Shown here piece by piece: positions 36,239 to 45,750 of a stretch of 64,000 nt of DNA. Position 1 is the stretch's first letter. Each line of letters starts with the position of its first letter. Source of the DNA: an uncultured bacterium (GTDB lineage Bacteria > Chlamydiota > Chlamydiia > Chlamydiales > SM23-39). The DNA is taken from NCBI GenBank assembly GCA_964424735.1, contig CAYRJU010000006.1, forward strand, positions 2,158 through 66,157, given 5' to 3'. Position numbers and translations under genes: made by a program. The notes under the pieces are model-generated. The model saw nothing but the letters and a program-made list of their open reading frames with translations, made no database searches and was not told where the DNA came from.

Positions 36239-37264
36239 ATGGAAAGATTCCTCCTCCAACCTCAGATCACTCCCCCAAAAACTGAGATCTATTTTGGACT
36301 CGATCAACTGGTCCCTGTCTGCCAAGAAAAAAAAGGACTCATTGTCAGTGACTTAAAAGTAGCAGGAACTCATGGAGCGGTTCTTCAAAAGGCCCTTGGG
36401 TTTGATCTTTTACCTATCTCCCCTCAAAAAACGAAAGAAGCGAAAGAGGCGCTCGAAGAAGAGTTTTTAAAACGGGGTCTTCAAAAAGATTCCCTTCTGA
36501 TTGCAGTGGGAGGTGGGAGTCTCACCGACCTCACCGCCTTCACAGCCTCTACTTACTTGCGGGGGATCCCGCTCATTCTGATTCCCACCACTCTTCTCGG
36601 GATGGTCGATGCCGCCATCGGAGGGAAGACCGGCATCGACACTCCGTTCGGGAAAAATCTCTTTGGCACTTTTTACTTACCTCAAGCTGTTTTTATCGAA
36701 GTGGACTTTCTCAAAACTTTGCCCGATAGAGAATGGAAAAATGGACTGAGCGAAATCTTAAAATATGGCCTCATCGCCGAAGAATCCATTTGGGAAAGAG
36801 CGCAAAATTGGGAAAAAAATATCCCTTTTCTCATTCGAGCTTCGGTCCAGTGTAAATGCCAGATTGTCGAGGCCGATTTTGAAGAAAAGAGGGGCTTAAG
36901 ACGCATTCTCAATTTTGGCCATACGGTGGGCCACGCGCTCGAACTGCTATCGAACTACGAAATGCCTCATGGAGAAGCTGTTGCGCTGGGCTGTATGGCA
37001 GAGAGTTTTTTGAGTTTTGCATTGGGATATCTCCCAGAAAAAACTCTTTCGGAGATTTTAACTCTCTACCGAAAATTGGGGTATCGATTTAAAGAGATCG
37101 ATCGGGATGCCTTTATCCAAGCTCTCGCACGAGATAAAAAGGGAATGTTTCGATTCGTCCTCATCGACGAAATCGGCCGCGTCCTTCCCTTCGAAGGAGA
37201 ATATTGCCAAAATGTCCAGCCCCAAGCGATCTCTCAAATGATCGAATGGATGTGTCATGGTTAA
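36239..37264 (+). CDS. aroB: 3-dehydroquinate synthase
   Basis: 'AVGGGSLTDLTAFTASTYLRGIPLILIPTTLLGMVDAAIGGKTG' and 'LNFGHTVGHALE' are present. Confidence 0.9.
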   Translation: MERFLLQPQITPPKTEIYFGLDQLVPVCQEKKGLIVSDLKVAGTHGAVLQKALGFDLLPISPQKTKEAKEALEEEFLKRGLQKDSLLIAVGGGSLTDLTAFTASTYLRGIPLILIPTTLLGMVDAAIGGKTGIDTPFGKNLFGTFYLPQAVFIEVDFLKTLPDREWKNGLSEILKYGLIAEESIWERAQNWEKNIPFLIRASVQCKCQIVEADFEEKRGLRRILNFGHTVGHALELLSNYEMPHGEAVALGCMAESFLSFALGYLPEKTLSEILTLYRKLGYRFKEIDRDAFIQALARDKKGMFRFVLIDEIGRVLPFEGEYCQNVQPQAISQMIEWMCHG

Positions 37265-38531
37265 AGTGAAGATTACGCCAGGTAAGCTCGCAGGCAAGAT
37301 CGCTATTCCCCCTTCTAAATCCCACACAATTCGCTCCCTTCTCTTTGCTCTTATGGCTAAGGGAAAAAGCGCCATCCGGCATCCCCTCCCATCCCCTGAT
37401 ACAGTCGCCATGATCGATGCGATCCGCAGTTTAGGCGCTACGATCGACATGGAACAAGATACGTTACTGATTGACGGCACTTCCGGGAAACTGCAGCCAG
37501 CAGAAGATGTGATCCAGTGTGGCAATTCTGGACAAGTCCTTCGCTTCATTGGAGCCATTGCCGCTCTTAGCGAAAGCTACACCATTCTAACTGGAGATTT
37601 TTCCATTCGACATAGTCGCCCTGTTGTCCCCCTCTTGAGCGCTCTGACACAGCTTGGAGCTTTGGCAACCTCTTCAAGACTCGATGGATTTGCCCCCATC
37701 CTCATCAAGGGTCCCATCCGAGAGAAAACGGCGAGACTCGACGGAAGAGATTCGCAGCCCGTATCGGGTCTTTTGATGCTGGGCGCTTTCACGCCTCTCG
37801 AGCTCCATGTGACCCATCCCGGAGAAACTCCCTGGGTGGCGCTGACTCTCAGTTGGTTCGATCGACTAGGTATCGCCTATGAGAGGCGAAATTTTGAGTA
37901 TTTTAAGACGAAAGGGCACACCTCTCTCAAGGCTTTTGAATACACCGTACCAGGAGATTTCAGTTCGGCTGCCTTTCCCATTGTAGCAGCTCTCATCACG
38001 GGATCAGAAATCGCGATCGACCATCTCGACATGCGTGATTCTCAAGGAGATAAAGCTGTGATTGCCGCCCTTGAATCGATGGGAGCCTCTTTTGAATGGG
38101 ATAAAAACCAATTGATCATTAAAAGAGGGTCGACTCTCAAAGGAGCAAGACTCGACATCAACGATTTCATCGACGCCCTTCCGATCTTAGCGGTTGCCGC
38201 CTGTTTTGCAAATACAGAGACAGAAATCGTCAACGCTGCGATTGCAAGACAAAAAGAATCGGATCGAATCCACTGCATCATTCAAGAACTCAAGAAAATG
38301 GGAGGAGATTTGGAAGAAAGACCCGACGGGCTCATCATTCGCCCCTCTTCTCTTCACGGCGCGTCCAATTTACAGGCCCACCACGACCATCGCCTCGCCA
38401 TGGCGCTATCGGTAGCGGCCTTAAGTGCAGAGGGTCCTAGTACTCTTCACGGAGTGGAATGCACAGCCAAGAGTTATCCCAATTTCTTTGAACACTTCGC
38501 TCATTTAGGAGCCAAACTGGAATTTTTATGA
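37257..38531 (+). CDS. aroA: 3-phosphoshikimate 1-carboxyvinyltransferase (EPSP synthase)
   Basis: 'IPPSKSHTIRSLLFALMAKG', 'CGNSGQVLRF' and 'HDHRLAMALSVAAL' are present. Confidence 0.92.
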   Translation: MVKVKITPGKLAGKIAIPPSKSHTIRSLLFALMAKGKSAIRHPLPSPDTVAMIDAIRSLGATIDMEQDTLLIDGTSGKLQPAEDVIQCGNSGQVLRFIGAIAALSESYTILTGDFSIRHSRPVVPLLSALTQLGALATSSRLDGFAPILIKGPIREKTARLDGRDSQPVSGLLMLGAFTPLELHVTHPGETPWVALTLSWFDRLGIAYERRNFEYFKTKGHTSLKAFEYTVPGDFSSAAFPIVAALITGSEIAIDHLDMRDSQGDKAVIAALESMGASFEWDKNQLIIKRGSTLKGARLDINDFIDALPILAVAACFANTETEIVNAAIARQKESDRIHCIIQELKKMGGDLEERPDGLIIRPSSLHGASNLQAHHDHRLAMALSVAALSAEGPSTLHGVECTAKSYPNFFEHFAHLGAKLEFL

Positions 38532-39070
38532 ACCTCATTCTCTTCGGCTTTAAAGCTTCGGGCAAAACACACTTTGGCAAACGGCTCTCTCATCTCTTGC
38601 ACCGCCCCTTCATCGATACCGACGATCTTCTCCTCGAGCTCTACAAACAAGAAACAGATAAGAAACGGTCTTTGCGCCAAATCTATCAAGACTTAGGCGA
38701 CAACTCTTTTCGCCTCCTCGAAAAAAGATCTCTTCAGCTTCTCAAACGGGTCCAAAATGCGATCATCGCTCTTGGAGGAGGAGCGGTTTTAGATCCTGAA
38801 AATGTGGCCTTTTTGCAAACCGTTGGCGCGCTCGTATTTCTCAAAGCATCCCCTGAAAAACTTAAAACCCGCATGTTTAGAGAAGAGCTTCCTCCTTTTC
38901 TCGATCCCAAAGATCCAGAAAAGTCTTTTTATCAAATGGTCCATGAACGTGAGCCCCTCTACCGCTCGATCCCAGCGCGCACTGTAGATACAGACCTTCT
39001 CGATGAAGCTGGCGTAATAGCCGCCCTTCAATCTATACTGCTTCTCGAGGAACCTCCCAATGGCTTCTAA
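38528..39070 (+). CDS. aroK: Shikimate kinase
   Basis: P-loop 'GFKASGKTHFGKRLS', 'DTDDLL' and 'ALGGGAV' are present. It sits between aroA and aroC. Confidence 0.85.
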   Translation: MNLILFGFKASGKTHFGKRLSHLLHRPFIDTDDLLLELYKQETDKKRSLRQIYQDLGDNSFRLLEKRSLQLLKRVQNAIIALGGGAVLDPENVAFLQTVGALVFLKASPEKLKTRMFREELPPFLDPKDPEKSFYQMVHEREPLYRSIPARTVDTDLLDEAGVIAALQSILLLEEPPNGF

Positions 39071-40151
39071 CTCTTTTGGCGAACTCTTTCGGATCACGAC
39101 ATTTGGAGAATCGCACGGAAAAGCGATTGGCGTTGTCATCGATGGTTGCCCGGCCAATCTTCCCCTTTCCAAAGAGGAGATCGATCGAGAACTCAAGCTC
39201 AGACAGCCCGGCAAAAGTCCCTACACATCTCCTCGCAAAGAATCAGACGAAGCAGAAATCCTATCGGGGCTTTTCGAAGGAAAAACCACGGGAGCGCCGA
39301 TCGCCATTCTCATTTGGAATCAAGACGCTGCCCCTTCCAAATATAAACCGATCCAAGATCTCTTAAGGCCCGGCCACGCCAACTTCACCTATCTAGAAAA
39401 ATATGGGATCTTTGATTACCGAGGCGGCGGTAGATCTTCTGCAAGGGAAACAGCAGCCCGCGTTGCAGCGGGGGCGGTTGCGAAAAAACTCCTCGCCCAT
39501 TTCGGCATCGACATCTGCGCTTTTGTAGCAGAAATTGGTGGAATCGGCATCACTTTGCCCGATCTCTCCTCTCCCGCTAAACTGCGTCAAAAAGTGCTGA
39601 AAAACCCCCTTTTTTGCCCCGACAGCACCGCTTCAAAGAAAATGATGCAGGCACTCCTAGAGGCCAAGCGAGAGGGCGATTCTCTCGGGGGCATTTTGCA
39701 GTGCATTGCTAAATTGCCCACGGGACTCGGCGATCCTGTCTATGGAAAACTCGAAGCCAAACTCGCAGCTGCCATGCTTTCTCTCCCTGCGACAAAGGGG
39801 TTTGAAATTGGCTCTGGATTTGCATCGGCCCGCATGAAAGGCTCCGAACACAACGACCTCTTCGAAATGCGAAAGGGAAAAATCACTACTCGAACCAATT
39901 TTGCGGGCGGCACGCTCGGCGGTATTTCTACAGGGCTTCCCCTCAGCTTTCGCGTGGCCTTCAAACCCACCTCGAGCATTCAAAAGCCGCAAGAAACGCT
40001 CGATCTCAAAGGGAACAAAAAACTCTTCAAACTGCCAGAGGGCTCTCGACACGATCCATGCGTTGCGATCCGGGCAGCGCCCATCGTCGAAGCGATGTGC
40101 GCGCTCGTCTTAAGCGATGCCCTTCTCCTAACCCGCATCGCTAGATTATAA
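39060..40151 (+). CDS. aroC: Chorismate synthase
   Basis: 'FRITTFGESHGKAIGVVIDGCP', 'RPGHANFTY..KYG' and 'GGRSSARETAARVAAGAVA' are present. Confidence 0.93.
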   Translation: MASNSFGELFRITTFGESHGKAIGVVIDGCPANLPLSKEEIDRELKLRQPGKSPYTSPRKESDEAEILSGLFEGKTTGAPIAILIWNQDAAPSKYKPIQDLLRPGHANFTYLEKYGIFDYRGGGRSSARETAARVAAGAVAKKLLAHFGIDICAFVAEIGGIGITLPDLSSPAKLRQKVLKNPLFCPDSTASKKMMQALLEAKREGDSLGGILQCIAKLPTGLGDPVYGKLEAKLAAAMLSLPATKGFEIGSGFASARMKGSEHNDLFEMRKGKITTRTNFAGGTLGGISTGLPLSFRVAFKPTSSIQKPQETLDLKGNKKLFKLPEGSRHDPCVAIRAAPIVEAMCALVLSDALLLTRIARL

Positions 40152-40215
40152 AATTTTTGTTGATACAAAGAGTCCCCAACCCGTATATTCGATGTTCTTT
40201 TAAGGAGATAAAAAG

Positions 40216-41274
40216 TTGAAATCGATTTGGGTTTTCTTGTTCTTACTTCCTCTTTGCCTGATGGCAGATACAGCGAAAAATTCTCCCGCACCCTGGCGCG
40301 GCAACCAAAATTATCCGGGAAGAAATGAAAAAATCTCCGTATTTACCGGAGCTCCTTATCCTCATAACGGCCCCACGCATCTCGACCTATTTGGCGAGTT
40401 TCTCTATTGGACGAGCGGTTATGATTTGAGCTATGCGATTGTAGGGCAAGACCTTTCTTATATACAGCGCACGCTCTTGACTTTTGATGCAAATTATCAG
40501 CCAGGCTTACGAATCGGGATTGGCTATCAACTCCCAAAACAAAGATGGGATCTGATGGCCGATTGGGTCTATTTCCACAATACCCAAAATTCCACTCTAC
40601 ATGCTGGGACAGACACCATCTTTTTGACGTGGATCAGCAAAGACAACGATTCGAATCCCGCACAATCACCTGGAGGTGTACAGACCTCTTCCTGGAAACT
40701 TTTCTATAATGAAATAGGAGTAGAGATTGGTAATCCCCTCTACTTCAGTCGATTTTATGGACTCCGGCCCAACGCAGCTCTGCGCTATTTAAAGATTCAA
40801 GATGGCTTTGAGATTGCCTACACCAATACGGGCAACTCTGAATACAACCGTATCCAGATGAACAACCGTCTGCACGGTTTTGGCTTTTCCTTTGGCCTTG
40901 ATAATGAATTTTGTTTTGGATATGGCCTTTCTCTTCTCACGAACTTTAAAGGGGCTTTGATCTACTCCTCTTCCCATCTCTTATACCATACCAATCCCAG
41001 TCAGGCTTCCTTTGGTTTTTTGGGTGCTAGCATCAAAAAGACTTCCCACGATCTTTTACCCTTACTCGAAGGAAGAATGGATCTAGGATGGAAACGCTCT
41101 TTTTACTGCGACAAAATCGCCCTTGCTTTAACGGGAGGGTATGAATATCGGGTCCTGATCAATGGGTTTACCGCTATAGCCGCTGCCGATATAGGCGGAG
41201 CAACCGCCTATCCCTATCAAAAAGCCAACATCTTTGTGCATGGAATGAACATTGGCGCTAAGATCAGCTACTAA
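40216..41274 (+). CDS. Outer-membrane beta-barrel porin (Legionella/Chlamydia-like MOMP family)
   Basis: TTG start with 'aaggag' 8 nt upstream. Signal peptide 'MKSIWVFLFLLPLCLMA'. The 'LFGEFLYWTSGYDLSYA' motif and the C-terminal '...GAKISY' aromatic end are present. Confidence 0.65.
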   Translation: MKSIWVFLFLLPLCLMADTAKNSPAPWRGNQNYPGRNEKISVFTGAPYPHNGPTHLDLFGEFLYWTSGYDLSYAIVGQDLSYIQRTLLTFDANYQPGLRIGIGYQLPKQRWDLMADWVYFHNTQNSTLHAGTDTIFLTWISKDNDSNPAQSPGGVQTSSWKLFYNEIGVEIGNPLYFSRFYGLRPNAALRYLKIQDGFEIAYTNTGNSEYNRIQMNNRLHGFGFSFGLDNEFCFGYGLSLLTNFKGALIYSSSHLLYHTNPSQASFGFLGASIKKTSHDLLPLLEGRMDLGWKRSFYCDKIALALTGGYEYRVLINGFTAIAAADIGGATAYPYQKANIFVHGMNIGAKISY

Positions 41275-42056
41275 AGAGGAGCATCCCACTCGTTGAAGAG
41301 CTCGAGGATCTGCTGGTAAGCTGCCGGTTGGATGCTATGCGGCCCCTGGAACACATGGTCTAGCGAATAGACGAGAAAGAGCATGAGAGAGATATAGCCC
41401 GCAACGAGCGCTGTCATGATGATCTGCGCCCGAATCCGTTCCAGCCCAAAAAAATACATAAAGCAAATCGTGATGAGAGCGCCAATGAGAAGGATGGCCC
41501 ACATCAAATCGCTGAGGCGCTCTCCCGATTGGAACTGTCTTGCGATCCGAGCGTTCAAAAAAGTGTCCAATCTCGAAATGGATTGCTGATACCACGTCTT
41601 CATCTTTTCATCGGTAAGCTCAACTTGGTAGTAGCTATCCCAAATTTGATCGAGGATCTTTTGTGTTTCTCTATGAATGGTTTTGCTTTTTGATCCTCCC
41701 CACTCATTTTGAATGACATATTCTACATAATTTCTCAAAGAGGAGCGGACAGCATCTTTTCCAGCGGGCGAAAAAAATGAGGCTTCCCGATACAGATCTG
41801 TCAAGGCGATGGCTTCTGTATAGATGGTCTCTTCCACTTCATTGAAACGGTTTTGCACATTGACTACCGTAAAACCCAGAATGACGCTGTAGAGAACACC
41901 GACGATGCCGAAGGTAAATCCAGCCACATCGTGATTGGCCTTGAGCTCATGGACAGAGATCCATTTTCGCACCAAGATCAAGCCCACAATGCAGACTAAG
42001 ATCGAAGGAACGATGACTAAAATCGCAGAAAAGATCCAGGATGACAGAAAGTCCAT
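41271..42056 (-). CDS. DUF4239-like membrane protein
   Basis: N-terminal TM segment, then 'HDVAGFTFGIVGVLYSVILGFTVVNVQNRFNEVEETIYTEA', plus two C-terminal TM segments. The family call is memory-based. Confidence 0.55.
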   Translation of the reverse strand: MDFLSSWIFSAILVIVPSILVCIVGLILVRKWISVHELKANHDVAGFTFGIVGVLYSVILGFTVVNVQNRFNEVEETIYTEAIALTDLYREASFFSPAGKDAVRSSLRNYVEYVIQNEWGGSKSKTIHRETQKILDQIWDSYYQVELTDEKMKTWYQQSISRLDTFLNARIARQFQSGERLSDLMWAILLIGALITICFMYFFGLERIRAQIIMTALVAGYISLMLFLVYSLDHVFQGPHSIQPAAYQQILELFNEWDAPL

Positions 42057-42118
42057 AAAATGGGCAGTATAGAAAGCAAAGTAAAAATCGACAATAAAAA
42101 AAACGTGTGGGGCTGCAC

Positions 42119-42700
42119 ATGGGAAAATGGTTTTTTGTCTTTCTCCTCTCTCTTCCTCTATTTGCCGAGCTGCAAATCCTCGCCTTTGCGGGAAGTACGA
42201 GAGAAGGCTCCTACAATAAAACGCTCATCGAACAGGCCGCTCAGATCGCTCGTAAAATGGGGGCAAAAGTAACGCTCATCGATCTCGTGGACTTTTCCAT
42301 GCCCTTCTATGATGCCGATTTGGAGAAAAAAGAGGGCCTTCCCAAAAATGCAAAGCGGCTTCAAGATCTCATGATCCAAAGCGATGCTGTCATGATCGCA
42401 ACTCCCGAATACAACAGCTCCCTCCCGGCCCTTCTCAAAAATGTGATCGATTGGACGAGTCGAAATGGAACTAGCGTTTCGAAAAGCGCCTATCAGGGCA
42501 AAAAATTTGCCATCATGAGCGCCTCTCCTGGAAAGCTCGGCGGCACGCGGGCCCTTGCCCATTTGCGCGCCATTCTCGAAGAGTGTGGAGGAGCGGTTGT
42601 GCCGAAGCAGGTCAGCGTTCCCCAAGCCTATGAGCCCAAATCTTTCGAAAAAGCCCAAAGAGATCTGAAAGCAGAAATCGGTGAACTCTTTACACCTTGA
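42119..42700 (+). CDS. NAD(P)H-dependent FMN reductase-family protein with hydrophobic N-terminal extension
   Basis: 'ILAFAGSTREGSYNKTL' and 'ATPEYNSSLPALLKNVIDWTSR' are present. An unusual signal-like leader 'MGKWFFVFLLSLPLFA' precedes the flavodoxin fold. Confidence 0.8.
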   Translation: MGKWFFVFLLSLPLFAELQILAFAGSTREGSYNKTLIEQAAQIARKMGAKVTLIDLVDFSMPFYDADLEKKEGLPKNAKRLQDLMIQSDAVMIATPEYNSSLPALLKNVIDWTSRNGTSVSKSAYQGKKFAIMSASPGKLGGTRALAHLRAILEECGGAVVPKQVSVPQAYEPKSFEKAQRDLKAEIGELFTP

Positions 42701-43100
42701 TTGAAAATGCCTCTAGCAAAGTCTTTGCCACTTCGTGGATGGGGCAAGAAAGACGCTGGATCTCGGGGACATGATAAAAGGCGCAAGCTTTTGGGCCTAT
42801 TTCAAAAAAACTTGGATCTTCGCTGTGAATGAACACCCTCTTTTGACTTGCAATCGAAAGACCGAGTTCAACATGAGTCCCTTTGCCTCCCGGGAGTAAA
42901 ACCAAGACAAAATCGGCTCTCAAAATCCCCTGCATTTCCAAAAGGGCCACTTCTTGCAGCCTCGAAAGGCTCGTGTGCCTCACACTGCCATGAGTGGTCC
43001 AATCATAAGTGAGGATATAGCCCATCTTTCTGAGATCATCTCTCACCCGATTGTGGCTAGGTATATTTTCCGTAGAGGTCGCGATATAGTATTTAAACAT
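42690..43100 (-). CDS. Nucleoside 2-deoxyribosyltransferase-like small protein
   Basis: 'MFKYYIATS...', 'YDWTTHG' and 'ADFVLVLLPGGKGTHVELGLSIA' recall the NDT-like 'group-specific protein' family (from memory). Confidence 0.45.
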   Translation of the reverse strand: MFKYYIATSTENIPSHNRVRDDLRKMGYILTYDWTTHGSVRHTSLSRLQEVALLEMQGILRADFVLVLLPGGKGTHVELGLSIASQKRVFIHSEDPSFFEIGPKACAFYHVPEIQRLSCPIHEVAKTLLEAFSIKV

Positions 43101-43145
43101 CCGTGAGGCCAGTATAGCCCCACGGAGTATTTAAACACTATTTTC

Positions 43146-44327
43146 TCAAGGCCCCAGTTGCACTGCAGCAGAAGGAACAGGAAGCAGCCGGTCCCCTTTT
43201 CCTCTCCACTGCACCTTCACGGTTGACCATGCTTGTCCTATGCAATTGGCCACCCCTTCTGGATACTGAAGCCTTTTGGATACGTCTATCGTCCGGCGCG
43301 AAAATTCTGCAAAACTTTCGTTTTGATTCGCCGTACGTATCGCCTCAAACCAGATCTGCCCGATGGCTTCCCAGGTAGGATTCCCGATTGAGGTTGCAGC
43401 CAGATAAAAAGCCCGGTTGGGAATCCCAGAATTAGCGTGGACTCCTCCATGATCTGTCTCCGTCTGCACATAGCCGTCCATATCGGCTGCCTGCGGATCT
43501 TTGATGTGTAAAAGCGGATGATCTTCATAAGCCGTTCCTGGAGCTTTTAAAGAGCGAATAGCCGTTCCTCCACTAGGATTGACGAGAATCCCCTCTCCAA
43601 GCAACCAACTCGCTCTTTCATCCGTTGCAGATAGGTTAGCATCGTAGTGCTTGAGGGTCGTTGCAAAAATATCGGACCAAGACTCGTTAATGGCTCCCGT
43701 TTGCCCCTCATATAAGAGACTAGAGCTGTATTGAGTCAGTGCATGACCTACTTCATGCGCTACAATCCCAAAATCACGGGAAAAATGGTTAAAAAAGAGG
43801 GAATCAGAATCTCCAAAGTAAAAGCGCTCCTCTTTGGGATCCCACCCAGCATTATTCTTCGTAGTGGAAGAATGGACAATCCCTATTAAAGTGCCTGTCA
43901 ATGTTTGTACAGGAGCTGTTTTGAAGATTTCTCTACAAAACCTATCCACTTTTGAAAGATTGTGGTAACACACGATCGCATCTTCGTCTTGAGCTGCAGC
44001 TAGGGGAAGATTTTGACCCTGGATACTGGAAATCAAGCATTTTTTGGGATTGGCATTCCAGATCTCAACCTGAGAACCTTCAAGTTTGGATTGAGGAAGA
44101 GATGATAAAATCCCTTGAAAATCTGGAAGAGATCCGCTCTCTTTAAGAAGAGATTGTACTCTTCTTCCAGCGAGAATCCCTTGTTCTGCTCTTTGATGGT
44201 AGCTCAATACAGACTCGTGGGAATAGGGGGGTACAAAGTAACGAAAACGCGATCCTGCAGAGCTTTCTAAACTATTGCTAATTGCATCAAATCCTGTTTG
44301 GGGCATAATATCCTCCGATTTATTCAT
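43146..44327 (-). CDS. M4 (thermolysin-family) zinc metalloprotease, protealysin-like (no signal peptide, short propeptide)
   Basis: HExxH appears in 'VAHEVGHALTQY'. The third Zn ligand lies in 'GAINESWSDIFA'. The M4 C-domain motif 'GGVHANSGIPNRAFY' is present. The N-terminal 'FVPPYSHESVL' is a propeptide-like motif. Confidence 0.88.
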   Translation of the reverse strand: MNKSEDIMPQTGFDAISNSLESSAGSRFRYFVPPYSHESVLSYHQRAEQGILAGRRVQSLLKESGSLPDFQGILSSLPQSKLEGSQVEIWNANPKKCLISSIQGQNLPLAAAQDEDAIVCYHNLSKVDRFCREIFKTAPVQTLTGTLIGIVHSSTTKNNAGWDPKEERFYFGDSDSLFFNHFSRDFGIVAHEVGHALTQYSSSLLYEGQTGAINESWSDIFATTLKHYDANLSATDERASWLLGEGILVNPSGGTAIRSLKAPGTAYEDHPLLHIKDPQAADMDGYVQTETDHGGVHANSGIPNRAFYLAATSIGNPTWEAIGQIWFEAIRTANQNESFAEFSRRTIDVSKRLQYPEGVANCIGQAWSTVKVQWRGKGDRLLPVPSAAVQLGP

Positions 44328-44365
44328 ACAAATAAAAGAATATCATGCGCCTGAGTAGTTAAATC

Positions 44366-44391
44366 TAGGGTAGTTCCTACCCTATTTTTTT
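44366..44391 (+). terminator. GC-rich hairpin plus T-run between the two M4 genes (T-run on the + strand, opposite to the flanking genes)
   Basis: 'tagggtag-ttc-ctacccta' is followed by 'ttttttt'. The orientation is odd because both neighbours are on the minus strand. Confidence 0.35.
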
Positions 44392-44394
44392 CAT

Positions 44395-45723
44395 TTAAAC
44401 TTTAAGACGTGTAACCCCTTTCTCATGCGTATACCACCAGGCGCCTCCTGCTAAAAGGGCTCCTGCCGCACCAAGCAGAAAAATCTTTCGCGAAGTCCAA
44501 AAGGGAGATTTGGGTGGAATAGGAAGATTCGCTCCTTGAGGCTCCCCTCCTCCTCCAGTGGGACGCACAGCGGGCTGATCTCCGCTTCCTCTCCATTTCA
44601 CCCCAACTCCCGACCATGCTTGCCCTATGCAATTGGTGACTCCATCTGAATACCCAAGGCTTTTGGATACGTCTATAGTTCGGCGCGAAAATTCTGCAAA
44701 ACTTTCATCCGAATTTGCTGTCCGCATCGCCTCGAACCAAATTTGCCCGACGGTTTCCCAGGTAGGACCTCCGATGGTGGTTGCAGCTACATAAAAAGCT
44801 TTATTTGGAATCCCAGAATTATAATGGACACCTCCATGATCGTTGTCCCTTTCCATTTCAACATAGTGGTCCATGTGGGAGGGTTGCGGATCACTGATGT
44901 GTAAAAGAGGATGATTGGTATAAGCCGTTCCTGGAGCTTTCAGAGAGCGAAGAGCTGTCCCTGGAGAGGTATTGGCAAGGAGTCCCTCTCCAATTAACCA
45001 GCTGGCACTGTCACTCGTTGCAGATGCTTCAGCCTCATATTGCATCAGGATCGCTGCAAACACATCGGAACAAGATTCATTGAGAGCTCCCGTTTGTCCC
45101 TCATATAAAAGACTCGAAGCATACTGAGTCACCGCGTGCCCTACTTCATGGGCCGCAACGCTAAAATTTTGGGAAAAAGAGTTGTAAAAACGGGGGTCAG
45201 AATCGCCAAAAAGAAAGCGTTCTTCCTTGGGATGCCAGGCTGCATCATTCATTGTAGTGGGAGAATGAACACATCCCAATAGAGTACCTGTCTGTGTGAG
45301 TACAGAAGCTACTTTGAAGATTTCTCTACAGAGTTTATCGGCCTTTACAAGATTCTCGTAACAGGCAATTGCATCCCGATCTGTGGCTTGAGACAAAGGA
45401 AACGCTTGATTGAAACTGGAAATCAAGCAGCTTTGTGGATTCGCGTGCCAGATTTCGACAGGAGAAAATTGAGATGAAGCTTGGGGAAGAATGGGTAAAA
45501 TTCCGTGAAGATCGGAACGGTCGATCTCTTTAGGAACCCTTTGTACATCTCTTTCAGAACAAATCGTGTCTTTACATTCTAAAGAGAGCTCTTGCGCTTG
45601 AATCAAAGCATCTAATCCAGGATCAGAAACTGTCGCACCTTGCCTCTCTCGAAGCTCTTTGTAGTACGCCAATACAGGTTTTGCAATATAGGGTGGACTG
45701 AAATGACAACAATGTAATCCCAT
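44395..45723 (-). CDS. M4 zinc metalloprotease paralog with Gly/Pro linker and C-terminal transmembrane anchor
   Basis: 'AAHEVGHAVTQY', 'GALNESCSDVFA' and 'GGVHYNSGIPNKAFY' are present. The tail reads '...GGGGEPQGANLPIPPKSPFW..IFLLGAAGALLAGGAWWY'. Confidence 0.88.
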   Translation of the reverse strand: MGLHCCHFSPPYIAKPVLAYYKELRERQGATVSDPGLDALIQAQELSLECKDTICSERDVQRVPKEIDRSDLHGILPILPQASSQFSPVEIWHANPQSCLISSFNQAFPLSQATDRDAIACYENLVKADKLCREIFKVASVLTQTGTLLGCVHSPTTMNDAAWHPKEERFLFGDSDPRFYNSFSQNFSVAAHEVGHAVTQYASSLLYEGQTGALNESCSDVFAAILMQYEAEASATSDSASWLIGEGLLANTSPGTALRSLKAPGTAYTNHPLLHISDPQPSHMDHYVEMERDNDHGGVHYNSGIPNKAFYVAATTIGGPTWETVGQIWFEAMRTANSDESFAEFSRRTIDVSKSLGYSDGVTNCIGQAWSGVGVKWRGSGDQPAVRPTGGGGEPQGANLPIPPKSPFWTSRKIFLLGAAGALLAGGAWWYTHEKGVTRLKV

Positions 45724-45750
45724 AATAAAATCTCCTCATCTAAATGTTTC

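Noticed and set aside
37058-37558. 166-aa minus-strand ORF across the aroB/aroA junction
   Set aside because: It is antisense to two well-supported aro genes.
42158-42658. 166-aa ORF antisense to the FMN-reductase gene
   Set aside because: The + strand frame has clear flavodoxin-like FMN-reductase motifs. The antisense product has none.
42690-43100. 136-aa ORF downstream of the M4 protease, considered as an emfourin-like protease inhibitor
   Set aside because: Its motifs ('YDWT', 'ADFVLVLLPGGKGTHVELG') fit the nucleoside 2-deoxyribosyltransferase-like family better. I cannot support an inhibitor call from the sequence alone.
43101-43145. Hairpin 'ccgtg..ggcc...ggcc..cacgg' after the first M4 gene
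   Set aside because: The stem is imperfect and short with no T-run in the direction of transcription, so it is not convincingly a terminator.
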